IMG/VR virus record: IMGVR_UViG_3300042868_005134
Coordinates: 186,001-250,000 of that record
Length of the DNA: 64,000 nucleotides
Direction: 5' to 3' (one strand)
Shown here piece after piece: positions 39,546-48,906 of the stretch. Positions within the stretch are counted from its first letter, which is position 1. Each line of letters begins with the position of its first letter. The translations under genes were made by a program, and so were the position numbers. The notes under the pieces were generated by a model. It saw only the letters and a list, made by a program, of their open reading frames with translations. It did not search any database and was not told the DNA's origin.

Positions 39546-40658
39546 GATTTCAGAAGGTCTGTCTTTAGTTCTTCGTTGTCTTATAAAATGGTTACCAGTA
39601 GCATCTACACACAAGTTACTTGGTTTGGCAGCATCTGGCGCACCTATACCTAATATAGCAACAGGGTAATTATCTTCGGTAATGCCATGCTTGCTAGATA
39701 ACCAGTTAGAAATATTGCTCGGATTATAACATCCGCAAAATCCTGTCTTGTATCCTAGTAATTGTGCGGCAAGTGCTACCGCGCCTGCACTAATACCCGT
39801 ATTCAAACTTTGATGTCTTGTTAGTTCTATATCGGTATCGTATTCGAGATCGAACAGTCTATTATAAGTTTCGTCTTTATTAGCAGTCCACATAAAAACA
39901 ACTGGTGCAAGTAACTGTGTGTTATAGTTGTGCTGATTTCTGGAAGTATATGCTGTACCAATCTTTAATACTGGCATCCTTGGCAATCCGTGATTAATAA
40001 CATCGATTATAATATTAGTAAGCTGACCAATGTCGGTAGCTTCTGCTGTAATGTTAGGAATTAAAACTTGAGGTTCAGCAAGCTGAATAGCTGGTATTTT
40101 AACATTAACTAAGATATATTCTGTAATCAATCTTTGAATAAATCTATGTGCTTCAAGTTCGGCAATTTTCCTAACTTGTAAGTTTCCGTAGATATCAAAA
40201 TACTTTGATACTATGTTACGTGTGTACTTATTAGAATCTAGTTTTAGATCTTTAATGTAAGCTTCTACAACAAATCCAATATCTCTGTAACATTTGTGCG
40301 CCTCGTATACAAATCCATCAAACGGCGCACTATTAGTATCTACTTTATGCTTGATCCAAGCAGCACCTTCTCTTTTAATAAATTCTTTATTTTCTTTTAG
40401 TAATCGAACAGCGTTAGGGGCTAAATTCGGCATATTATCCGGAATATAACCTTCACTATGACAAATTTCAAATAATTCTTCTTTTGCGTCTGCGTCAGTA
40501 AATGCGATACATTTAAAGAAGTTAACATTCTGCTTGGTAGGAGTTCCATTAGCTACTTGTAACAGTAAGTTTAAATTTTCTTCAGATACGCTGTCGCTAA
40601 TCCAGTTTCTTTGACAAGCATTAATTGATGTTAGGGCTGATAATAGTTCGGTATTCAT
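39534..40658 (-). CDS. Nitroreductase-like (FMN-binding) protein with a large internal insertion
   Basis: N-terminal 'CQRNW..DSV....L..LL..A..TPTKQN' and C-terminal 'TGISAG...LAA..LGYKTGF...LGIG' follow the nitroreductase pattern. Confidence 0.65.
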   Translation of the reverse strand: MNTELLSALTSINACQRNWISDSVSEENLNLLLQVANGTPTKQNVNFFKCIAFTDADAKEELFEICHSEGYIPDNMPNLAPNAVRLLKENKEFIKREGAAWIKHKVDTNSAPFDGFVYEAHKCYRDIGFVVEAYIKDLKLDSNKYTRNIVSKYFDIYGNLQVRKIAELEAHRFIQRLITEYILVNVKIPAIQLAEPQVLIPNITAEATDIGQLTNIIIDVINHGLPRMPVLKIGTAYTSRNQHNYNTQLLAPVVFMWTANKDETYNRLFDLEYDTDIELTRHQSLNTGISAGAVALAAQLLGYKTGFCGCYNPSNISNWLSSKHGITEDNYPVAILGIGAPDAAKPSNLCVDATGNHFIRQRRTKDRPSEILIK

Positions 40659-40659
40659 G

Positions 40660-41916
40660 TTAGATTCCTTCTTTAATATTTATCATCCACGGAAATACCT
40701 GCCGCCAATTTGTATTTCTGCGTTGGTCCATTTTATCTAAGAATATTTTTAATTCTTTGACTTTTTCATAATTTGTAGGAGTTTCGATAATTTCTTTAAA
40801 AATAGCATTTACATAATTGCTGTATTCTGCGTCATTAAACATCTGCCCATTTAATTCTTGTATTTCTCTTATTTTGTCAATATATATCTCACCTGGAATA
40901 TTATGTGGATCTAAAATTTCAGGAGAAATACATTTATTGTAATTTACACTGATTTTTTTACCCTTACATGTGTTGTTCCAATGAATGACTTTTTTAATTA
41001 ATTCTGGAGTACTATGTATCGATAATGCTGACACTGTCCAGTTCATTGTGGGAATAATTTCAGGACATTCGTATATTAAGTATTCCATATTTTCTGTGAA
41101 TGTCGCAAGATCCAATCCTGTTCTAATATATTCTGATTCTATCCCCCAGCAGTCAATACTAGCAGTTAGCTCAACAGTATTACAAGTTTTTACTAATTGT
41201 TTAATTTTTTCCATCTGTTTTTTAAAAAGAGATGGTTTAATTTGCATGTTAGAAAAGATCTCAACATCGAGATCTGGATTTGGATGTGCAATCATCCAAT
41301 CTATACAATCGAAAGTTTCTTGTTGAATTAATGGTTCGCCACCTAGTATATGAAATTCTCGTAAATCACAATAATGTTTTTCCATCCACACATAAAACTC
41401 AGCTAACCTTGTTTTATAAGTCACATCATCCATTGCGATAGAATTTAAAAAAGAGTTATTACTAGGCCCGTATTGTTCCTCTTCCAACACCCACGAACTA
41501 CTTAAAAATGGCCCACAATATAAGCATTTTAAATTACATTTATTATTGAAATAAATTTCTAACATTGTAGGATTTACTGAAGTTTGTGTTGGGTTAGTGT
41601 ACAATTCTTTAGGTACATATTTCTCGTTATACGGTCTGGACAACCAATTTTTTCTATCACTAAAATTACTATATGTTTCTTGATCCTTACAGCTTTCGCA
41701 CCCGCGTCCTGGCCACTCGTTTTTTAACATTTTTTCTCTATCTATAATTACTTCGGGCGTATTGTGAAAATTTTCAATATTATCTACTTTAACATTTTCT
41801 ACCCTGTGACAAGAACTAGACGTACTAGTCCATAAGTATAAACTACTCCATGCCCATTTTAATAAACAAGCCTGTTCAGATTGGATTGGGAACCATTTTT
41901 TAGCATTTTCAGTCAT
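40660..41916 (-). CDS. Radical SAM enzyme (type B), close paralog of 36402-37679
   Basis: 'ACLLKWAWSSL...SSSCHR...WPGRGCESC'; core CNLKCLYC; 'GGEP'. Confidence 0.9.
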   Translation of the reverse strand: MTENAKKWFPIQSEQACLLKWAWSSLYLWTSTSSSCHRVENVKVDNIENFHNTPEVIIDREKMLKNEWPGRGCESCKDQETYSNFSDRKNWLSRPYNEKYVPKELYTNPTQTSVNPTMLEIYFNNKCNLKCLYCGPFLSSSWVLEEEQYGPSNNSFLNSIAMDDVTYKTRLAEFYVWMEKHYCDLREFHILGGEPLIQQETFDCIDWMIAHPNPDLDVEIFSNMQIKPSLFKKQMEKIKQLVKTCNTVELTASIDCWGIESEYIRTGLDLATFTENMEYLIYECPEIIPTMNWTVSALSIHSTPELIKKVIHWNNTCKGKKISVNYNKCISPEILDPHNIPGEIYIDKIREIQELNGQMFNDAEYSNYVNAIFKEIIETPTNYEKVKELKIFLDKMDQRRNTNWRQVFPWMINIKEGI

Positions 41917-41920
41917 GAAA

Positions 41921-41950
41921 TATTTATCGATAAAATACAGCGGTTAAATA
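41921..41950. promoter_or_regulatory. Divergent pair of late-like promoters
   Basis: TATTTAT (41921-41927) and TAAATA (41945-41950), each 4 nt from its ATG. Confidence 0.65.
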
Positions 41951-41954
41951 TAGT

Positions 41955-43358
41955 ATGAATAAAATATCCAAAACATTTTGTATTTTACCCTGGGTACATT
42001 TAAGTACCCGACCTGATGGTAGTATGAGAGTTTGCTGTACAGCCAATGCTAGTAGCGTTGGCCAGACAAACGATAGAGAACACGGCGGCATGGTAGGTGT
42101 TCTTAAGACAGACGCCGGCAAACCTAACAACTTAAATGTTAGCGATTTCAAAAGTGCATGGAACAGTTCCTATATGCGAAATGTTCGCAAACAAATGCTT
42201 AACGGTGAACAGCCTCCTAGTTGTTTAAAATGTTATAAAGAAGAGGCAGCTGGACATAATAGTAAACGTATGTGGGAAACTAAGTATTGGAGTCAACGTG
42301 TAAGTGTTAATAAGTTAATTGAAGATACTGCAGAAGATGGTAGTGTTCCACCGCAACTTGCCTATATCGATTTACGCTTTGGAACTAAATGCCAGCTAGC
42401 GTGTGTAATGTGTAGTCCTCATGATAGTTCTGGCTGGATTAAAGATTATAAAGCCATCTTTTCTGAAGTAGAAAATGCCAGTTTAAAACAAACCATGTTA
42501 TGGACTGACAAAGGCTCTACCAACGGTAGTAGTTATAATTGGCACAAACAAAACCCTGTGTTCTGGCAACAGTTTTATGAACAAATTCCTAATATGCAGC
42601 AAATTTATTTCGCTGGCGGAGAAAGTTTAATTATTGAAGAACACTACGAAATTCTTGAAGAATGTATTCGTCAAGGTCACGCCAAGAACTTAGAGTTACG
42701 TTACAACTCAAACGGCGTTGAATGGCGCGATGATCTATTTGACTTATGGAAACATTTTAAACTAGTGAGATTCCATTACAGTGTAGACAGCATTGGAGAA
42801 ATGAATGCCTATATTCGTTACCCTAGTATATGGGAACGTACTAAGGAAGTATTTCACATTCTTGATAAGCAAACAGGCAATAATGTTGAAGTTACAGTAG
42901 CTTGTGCTGTACAAGCTCTTAATATCTATTACTTGCCTGACTTTTTAAAGTGGAAATTAGAAGAGGGGTTTACAAAAATTAATATGTGGCCGTTTGGTGC
43001 AGGCGGCGTTAATTATCACTTTGTTTATCACCCGCCGCACCTTAATGTTAAAGTACTTCCTAAAGAATTCAAAGAAGCTTGTCGTAAAAAATACGAAGAG
43101 TTTTATTCATGGTGGGAAGCAAATTGGGAAAAAGGCATTCCTAGTTGGCATAAAGGTAAAGTAACATATGAAGATTGGCGTAAAGCAGAATATGGTATTA
43201 GCCGTTTGGAAGGTATGTTAAAATTTATGGAAAGTGAAGATTGGAGTAATCGATTGCCTGAAACTAAAGAATTTTTAGATTTATGCGACAAACAACGAAA
43301 TCTTAACTTTAGTGAAATTTTTCCAGAAATGAAGGATATTTTTAATGGAACAACATAA
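41955..43358 (+). CDS. Radical SAM enzyme with N-terminal twitch-like domain (type A)
   Basis: 'FCILPW.H...DG.MRVCC...SCLKC'; core CQLACVMC; 'GGES'. Confidence 0.9.
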   Translation: MNKISKTFCILPWVHLSTRPDGSMRVCCTANASSVGQTNDREHGGMVGVLKTDAGKPNNLNVSDFKSAWNSSYMRNVRKQMLNGEQPPSCLKCYKEEAAGHNSKRMWETKYWSQRVSVNKLIEDTAEDGSVPPQLAYIDLRFGTKCQLACVMCSPHDSSGWIKDYKAIFSEVENASLKQTMLWTDKGSTNGSSYNWHKQNPVFWQQFYEQIPNMQQIYFAGGESLIIEEHYEILEECIRQGHAKNLELRYNSNGVEWRDDLFDLWKHFKLVRFHYSVDSIGEMNAYIRYPSIWERTKEVFHILDKQTGNNVEVTVACAVQALNIYYLPDFLKWKLEEGFTKINMWPFGAGGVNYHFVYHPPHLNVKVLPKEFKEACRKKYEEFYSWWEANWEKGIPSWHKGKVTYEDWRKAEYGISRLEGMLKFMESEDWSNRLPETKEFLDLCDKQRNLNFSEIFPEMKDIFNGTT

Positions 43359-44172
43359 AAATTTAGAATGGGTCCCTGGCGATCCTATCACAAAAGAAAT
43401 GCTAGAGGTTAAGTCAGAAGATTACGCATTGTGGAAAAAAACGTGGGGCGATAGCTACTGTGTTGAAAATGTATTTGACGATGATGAGTTGACCTGGTTA
43501 GAAGATTTAATGTATAGAAATCATAAAAGTCGACGTGTTAAGAAAAATGGAACGCTTCACTTTAATGTAGATAACAGACTGATACAAGATAAATTTTTTG
43601 ATAAATTAAAATCAGTTATTCCTGAATTGGAAAATACTGAATTATGGGAAGGCAATTTTTTAATAACTGCTACTCCATATAATATACATATCGACACCGG
43701 TAATCACCAAGTGATGAGTAATGCTACCTATGTTCCGGGGAAGCAATTTATTATTCCTCTTTGGTTCTGTCACGGACACAAAGAGACAGATTATCCTGAA
43801 CACGGCACCGCTATTTTTAAAAATCGATTTATCATGTACGGAACAAATTTTGCCAAAGGAGACGCAAAATATGACACAAATGTTTTTTATACAGTACGTG
43901 ACTATAAGGATTTAGTATGCTATAATAAAGATGGCTCCGTGTGGAACGTTGATTGGTCTAAGCGTAGTGTAAGCGATAACGACTATATTAGATACTTTGA
44001 TCACTTTAAAAGAGAATGGCTAGACGGTTTTGAATTAGAAGCAGTCTACCAATGGAAACGTGGAAGTATTATTGTATTTGATAGATCACAAGCGCACACT
44101 GGCATCAATTTTATGAAAAACAAGGTAACACTGAAATGTGGGTTATCTATGATGACAACAGTTAAAAGATAA
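43345..44172 (+). CDS. Putative 2OG-Fe(II) oxygenase-fold protein
   Basis: HxD ('IHIDTG') and distal His ('WKRGSIIVFDRSQAH'), matching the HxD...H facial triad in a double-stranded beta-helix pattern. Confidence 0.6.
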   Translation: MEQHKNLEWVPGDPITKEMLEVKSEDYALWKKTWGDSYCVENVFDDDELTWLEDLMYRNHKSRRVKKNGTLHFNVDNRLIQDKFFDKLKSVIPELENTELWEGNFLITATPYNIHIDTGNHQVMSNATYVPGKQFIIPLWFCHGHKETDYPEHGTAIFKNRFIMYGTNFAKGDAKYDTNVFYTVRDYKDLVCYNKDGSVWNVDWSKRSVSDNDYIRYFDHFKREWLDGFELEAVYQWKRGSIIVFDRSQAHTGINFMKNKVTLKCGLSMMTTVKR

Positions 44173-45236
44173 TGAAATATTTGCCGAACCCAAAAAGACT
44201 TCAATTTGAACTTAGCAATGTATGTAATCTACATTGTTTAGGTTGTGTGCGAACTGAAACTACACTTAATTCAGTTAAAGCTGCTATCGGCGATCCTACT
44301 TATCTTTCAGTGGATACTTTTTATAAAATAATAACAGATAGCGCACTTGATAGTATTGTGGATTTAGATTTTTGTGGCAGAATAGATGACCCATTAGCAC
44401 ATCCGGATTTTCTAAAAATATTAGAAATGGCAATCGAACATAAATCTTTTAAAATTTTCATTCACACAAATGGCGGATTGCGTAATCCTGAATATTGGAA
44501 AAAACTCGGAAATTTGTTAAAAGGTACAGACCATGTTGTTATGTTTAATGTAGATGGTCTCGAAGATACTAATCACATTTATAGACAAGGGAGTGTCTGG
44601 AGCAATATTGTAGCTAATGCCAAATCTTATATTTCTACAGGTGCTAATGCTACGTGGCAATATATAGAATTTCCTTGGAACAAACATCAGATTCCGGAAG
44701 CATTGTTATTAAGTAAAGAATTGGGCTTTCAAAGTTTTAACGTTCGTCAGGACCGTAGTCGTATACAACATAAATCACTAGAACAAATAGTAGTTATGAA
44801 ACAACGAACACAAATACCAGAACAAAATAGAGACACTTTTTTATTACATCCAAGATACGATACTAGTTATGAAATCACATGTATGAATAAAGTAGACAAC
44901 ATGTATTTTATAGATCATACTGGTAAGCTATGGCCCTGCTGCTTTATTCCAAACGGTTTTATAGAAGATAATAATAAGTTAGCTCAGAAAGAATATTTAC
45001 AAGACAGAATATATGGCAGCTACTCGGATACTACATGGAATGACTGTAACTTACACGATGTATCTTCTATTATAAATCATAAATTTTATACAGAAGATTT
45101 AGTAGATAGTTGGAATTCAGAACAACACGGCATTGAAACTAAAGACAGAATTTTTAGATGTACTGAAACCTGCTCTTCTCGCGCATCCGCCATTAAGCCA
45201 TCTGCAAATTCTACAACTAAAAAATTTAATCAATGA
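44172..45236 (+). CDS. Radical SAM enzyme (type C)
   Basis: CNLHCLGC; 'CGRIDDP'; 'HTNGG'; C-terminal 'TC...FID..G..WPCC...CTETC'. Confidence 0.9.
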   Translation: MKYLPNPKRLQFELSNVCNLHCLGCVRTETTLNSVKAAIGDPTYLSVDTFYKIITDSALDSIVDLDFCGRIDDPLAHPDFLKILEMAIEHKSFKIFIHTNGGLRNPEYWKKLGNLLKGTDHVVMFNVDGLEDTNHIYRQGSVWSNIVANAKSYISTGANATWQYIEFPWNKHQIPEALLLSKELGFQSFNVRQDRSRIQHKSLEQIVVMKQRTQIPEQNRDTFLLHPRYDTSYEITCMNKVDNMYFIDHTGKLWPCCFIPNGFIEDNNKLAQKEYLQDRIYGSYSDTTWNDCNLHDVSSIINHKFYTEDLVDSWNSEQHGIETKDRIFRCTETCSSRASAIKPSANSTTKKFNQ

Positions 45237-46300
45237 TAGCAAAAGATCAAATCAAAATAGTTCATGTTGAAGCTAGTAGTAGATGTAACAGCAGATGCCC
45301 TATGTGTAGTAGATTCACTGCTGATGGATTCGTACAGCCTGAATTAAACGAATTGGATCTAACCGGCGAAGTTTTTTATAAGCTATTTACTAAGGATTTT
45401 ACTAGTCAGCTAGAGCATGTCTATTTTAGCGGAGTATACGGCGATCCTTGCTTGAATAAATTGTTGCCTGAATTTGTTAACTACTTAATGGATAACGGCT
45501 GTAAAAGTGTTAGCATAGATACTAACGGCGGATATCGTAGTGAAGAATGGTGGGCTAAACTTGCTAGAAAAGACGTTCTAATCAATTTTGCGTTGGACGG
45601 CACAGATAATGAAACGTTGGATAAGTATCGTATTGGAGTAGTGTACGACAAAGTATATGCTAATATGAAAGCATATATAGAAGCTGGCGGCAATGCTCAG
45701 TGGAACTTTATTGTATTTAAACATAACGAACATCAAGTAGACATAGCAAAGCAATTGGCATTGGATATGGGCGCAAAGTTTAGACTTAAGGTAACACAAA
45801 AGTTCCGTGGTCGAAAAAATCATAAAGTTATGATAGATGGTGAACTACAACATACATTAGAGCCACCAGATCAAGAATCATTCAGACATCCGAATATAGG
45901 AACTATTGATCATATTCCTATTAGTATTTTTAAGTTTAAAGATTATTCAAGATTATCTCATCTTAACGGAAACAAAGTCACATGTAAAATTCAACAACGA
46001 CAGGAAGTTTACTTAACAAGTATTGGCTTGCTATTACCCTGTTGCTATCTTGCTACTTATACACATGATAGTCCAGGATCCGCACAGTTTACTAGTTTGT
46101 ATAATTTAGAAAAGTTCGATTTAAAATTACTCTCCGTTGTTGAAATTTTAGAAAATTTTAAACCAATAAGTAACAAATGGAATGATACCATAGATGATGG
46201 CAATTTAATTATTTGTTTAGGCACTTGTGGCAATAAAGAAAACACTACTCTTTATCATGATAACAATTTGAAAAAAGAAAACATTTTAAAACAGCAATGA
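45233..46300 (+). CDS. Radical SAM enzyme (type C)
   Basis: CNSRCPMC; 'SGVYGDP'; 'DTNGG'; C-terminal 'TCK...LPCC...CLGTC'. Confidence 0.9.
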   Translation: MIAKDQIKIVHVEASSRCNSRCPMCSRFTADGFVQPELNELDLTGEVFYKLFTKDFTSQLEHVYFSGVYGDPCLNKLLPEFVNYLMDNGCKSVSIDTNGGYRSEEWWAKLARKDVLINFALDGTDNETLDKYRIGVVYDKVYANMKAYIEAGGNAQWNFIVFKHNEHQVDIAKQLALDMGAKFRLKVTQKFRGRKNHKVMIDGELQHTLEPPDQESFRHPNIGTIDHIPISIFKFKDYSRLSHLNGNKVTCKIQQRQEVYLTSIGLLLPCCYLATYTHDSPGSAQFTSLYNLEKFDLKLLSVVEILENFKPISNKWNDTIDDGNLIICLGTCGNKENTTLYHDNNLKKENILKQQ

Positions 46301-47658
46301 CAGCAAAATCTAAGACATTTTGTATATTACCTTTTATACATATTCAAGTTAAACCTAACGGTCAAATAAAGCCGTGTTGCCGATTCGATTTTGTACACGA
46401 CGACTACATTGACAAAGACTGGACTGCTAAAAATGGATCAGCGTATCATGTTTTTAACAAGTATAATATCTCTAACGGTTCTACTCTAACCGAAGCCATG
46501 ACTAGCAATTTATGGAACGATGTTAGAAACAATATGCTAAATGGAAAACCAGTTAGTGGATGTAGGAAGTGTTATACCGCAGAAACTTTTAACGGCAGAT
46601 CTATGCGTGTGCATGAAAATTACGCTAGGAATGATCAAATACAGGACAGTTTATCTAGCAGTATTGAACCATTAAAAATAAAATATCTTGAAATGACTTT
46701 CGGTAATTACTGTAATTTAAAGTGTAGGACATGTGCTGGGGATTTATCGAGTACATGGCACGAAGAAGAAGCATTGTTAGCAAAGGTTTACCCTGGACGA
46801 TATAGCTCACCTAAAGTTTTAAACATCCCGTTTAATTGGAAACCCGAAGATTTTGTTAATATAGAAGAAATTAAATTCACAGGCGGCGAGCCTATGATAC
46901 ATCCTGATTTTTTAAAATTAATGGATATGCTAATTGAAATTGATGTTGCTAAAAATATTGCTCTAGATGTTTTTACAAACTGTAGCTGGATTCCCGGCGG
47001 GAAATTTTTTAAGCGGTTAACTAAATTTAAACAAGTAAAAATTAGTCTAAGTATAGATGGCGTTGGAAAAACTAACGATTATATCAGAACGCCTAGTGAC
47101 TGGCGTGTTGTCGATAGTGTAGTTGATAGTTGGCTTGCTCAGGAAGCAGCTGATACTAATAAGATTCAAATAACTTGGAACCCAACTATCAACATTTACA
47201 ATATTTTAGAAATAGATAACATGATAGATTGGTGGGATAACAAACAAAACGGACATTTTCCCAATCGCTCATGGCCTAATCTAACGGAAAAAGATTATAA
47301 AGAAGATCATAACATATCAAGTTTTAGATTGATTTTTAATATACTACAAGATCCTAAGTATTTGTCAATCTCCAATTTGCCACAATCTGCTAAAGAATTA
47401 GCTAATCGTACAATAAAATCTATATATGACAAATACGATTCTTGGGATATGGCAGAAAATCCTCGTAAAGAAATTTTTAATAAAAAAATGGAAGCAATTA
47501 GAGGAGCATTAAATTCCACAGCAAACATAGAAATGTTAAAATTATTTGCTAGTTATACTGAAGATTTAGATAAATTACGTACACAGTCTTTAAAAGATTC
47601 CTTACCATTATTGTATAAAGAATTAGAAGGGCACGTGGACTATACAGGAAAATTGTAA
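46297..47658 (+). CDS. Radical SAM enzyme (type A)
   Basis: 'FCILPF.H...NG.IKPCC...GCRKC'; core CNLKCRTC; 'GGEP'. Confidence 0.9.
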   Translation: MTAKSKTFCILPFIHIQVKPNGQIKPCCRFDFVHDDYIDKDWTAKNGSAYHVFNKYNISNGSTLTEAMTSNLWNDVRNNMLNGKPVSGCRKCYTAETFNGRSMRVHENYARNDQIQDSLSSSIEPLKIKYLEMTFGNYCNLKCRTCAGDLSSTWHEEEALLAKVYPGRYSSPKVLNIPFNWKPEDFVNIEEIKFTGGEPMIHPDFLKLMDMLIEIDVAKNIALDVFTNCSWIPGGKFFKRLTKFKQVKISLSIDGVGKTNDYIRTPSDWRVVDSVVDSWLAQEAADTNKIQITWNPTINIYNILEIDNMIDWWDNKQNGHFPNRSWPNLTEKDYKEDHNISSFRLIFNILQDPKYLSISNLPQSAKELANRTIKSIYDKYDSWDMAENPRKEIFNKKMEAIRGALNSTANIEMLKLFASYTEDLDKLRTQSLKDSLPLLYKELEGHVDYTGKL

Positions 47659-48902
47659 TGAGCAAGACTTTTTGTGTTATGCCATTCTGCCATGTCAATA
47701 TTAAACAGGAAGGTAAGGTAAGTGCTTGTTGGAGATATCCTGATAAAATTGGAGATTATACCACACAGAGTATACATGAAGTTTGGAATGGTTCTGAGAT
47801 AAAAGAATTACGTAGACAACTACTCAACGACGAGCGTCCTGTAGGATGCCGTAGTTGTTGGGATATGGAAGATAGCGGAGTTCGTAGTACACGATCACAA
47901 ACAGCAGTCGATTATAAAGACATAATGAATATTGAAAAAGCAAAAGCAGTAATTACTGAAGATTTTGCTATGCCCGACGAAAATTTAAAAAGTATCGAAC
48001 TTAGATTTGATAATATTTGTAATTTAATGTGTAGGCACTGTAGTCCTGACTATAGCAGTAAGTGGGAAGCGGCAGTTAAACGAGATGAAAAACTACAAAG
48101 TAAAATGATTCAGTTTGGCACTTTTAGAAAAAGTGATGAGCATATAAATCTTAACCAGAAAATTATTGATGAAATTGGTGGTACTATTTCTTCAAATTTA
48201 ACAGAGATTATGCTAGCAGGCGGCGAACCTTTATATCACGAACGCCATTATGATTTTATTAAATCGATGTTACCGAATGCTAAAAATATAAAACTTAGTT
48301 ATAATAGTAATTTAACCACATTAGATTACAAGGGTAATTCCATTTTAGATTTATGGAAGCACTTTAAAAAGGTTAATTTGCGTGTTAGTATTGATGGCGA
48401 TCCTAGTTGTTATCAATATGTTAGAGCACATGACGGCTTGACTTTAATTGAAAAAAACATTACACTAGTACATAACGTGCCTAATACTAGAGTTAGTGCA
48501 ACATGTACTACTAGTTTATTGAATATAACAAGATTGATATCGATTATAGAATATTTTTTGTCGTTAGGCGCATATTTTCATGCCAGTATAGTTCAATACC
48601 CACGGGCGTTGAATCCTAAGTTGTTACCACTAGAATTAAAAGAAAAAATAACAACTGATTGGACTAACTGGATTGCCGACATTGACACAAACATTGTAAA
48701 CTGTGTAAAGTTATTGCCAACTACAGACGTTGAATCTCATAAGAAAAACATATTGAAGTTTGGAAATATGATAGTTGATTATATGAATTCGGAAAACTGG
48801 CACGAACACTGGCATGAATTTGTGGATTATTCTGCGGTGCTAGATGACCATTTTAAAACAGACTTGTATAGTGTGTATCCTGAATTTAAATTTGTAAAGT
48901 GA
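47658..48902 (+). CDS. Radical SAM enzyme (type A)
   Basis: 'FCVMPFCH...G.VSACW...GCRSC'; core CNLMCRHC; 'GGEP'. Confidence 0.9.
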   Translation: MSKTFCVMPFCHVNIKQEGKVSACWRYPDKIGDYTTQSIHEVWNGSEIKELRRQLLNDERPVGCRSCWDMEDSGVRSTRSQTAVDYKDIMNIEKAKAVITEDFAMPDENLKSIELRFDNICNLMCRHCSPDYSSKWEAAVKRDEKLQSKMIQFGTFRKSDEHINLNQKIIDEIGGTISSNLTEIMLAGGEPLYHERHYDFIKSMLPNAKNIKLSYNSNLTTLDYKGNSILDLWKHFKKVNLRVSIDGDPSCYQYVRAHDGLTLIEKNITLVHNVPNTRVSATCTTSLLNITRLISIIEYFLSLGAYFHASIVQYPRALNPKLLPLELKEKITTDWTNWIADIDTNIVNCVKLLPTTDVESHKKNILKFGNMIVDYMNSENWHEHWHEFVDYSAVLDDHFKTDLYSVYPEFKFVK

Positions 48903-48906
48903 AAAT

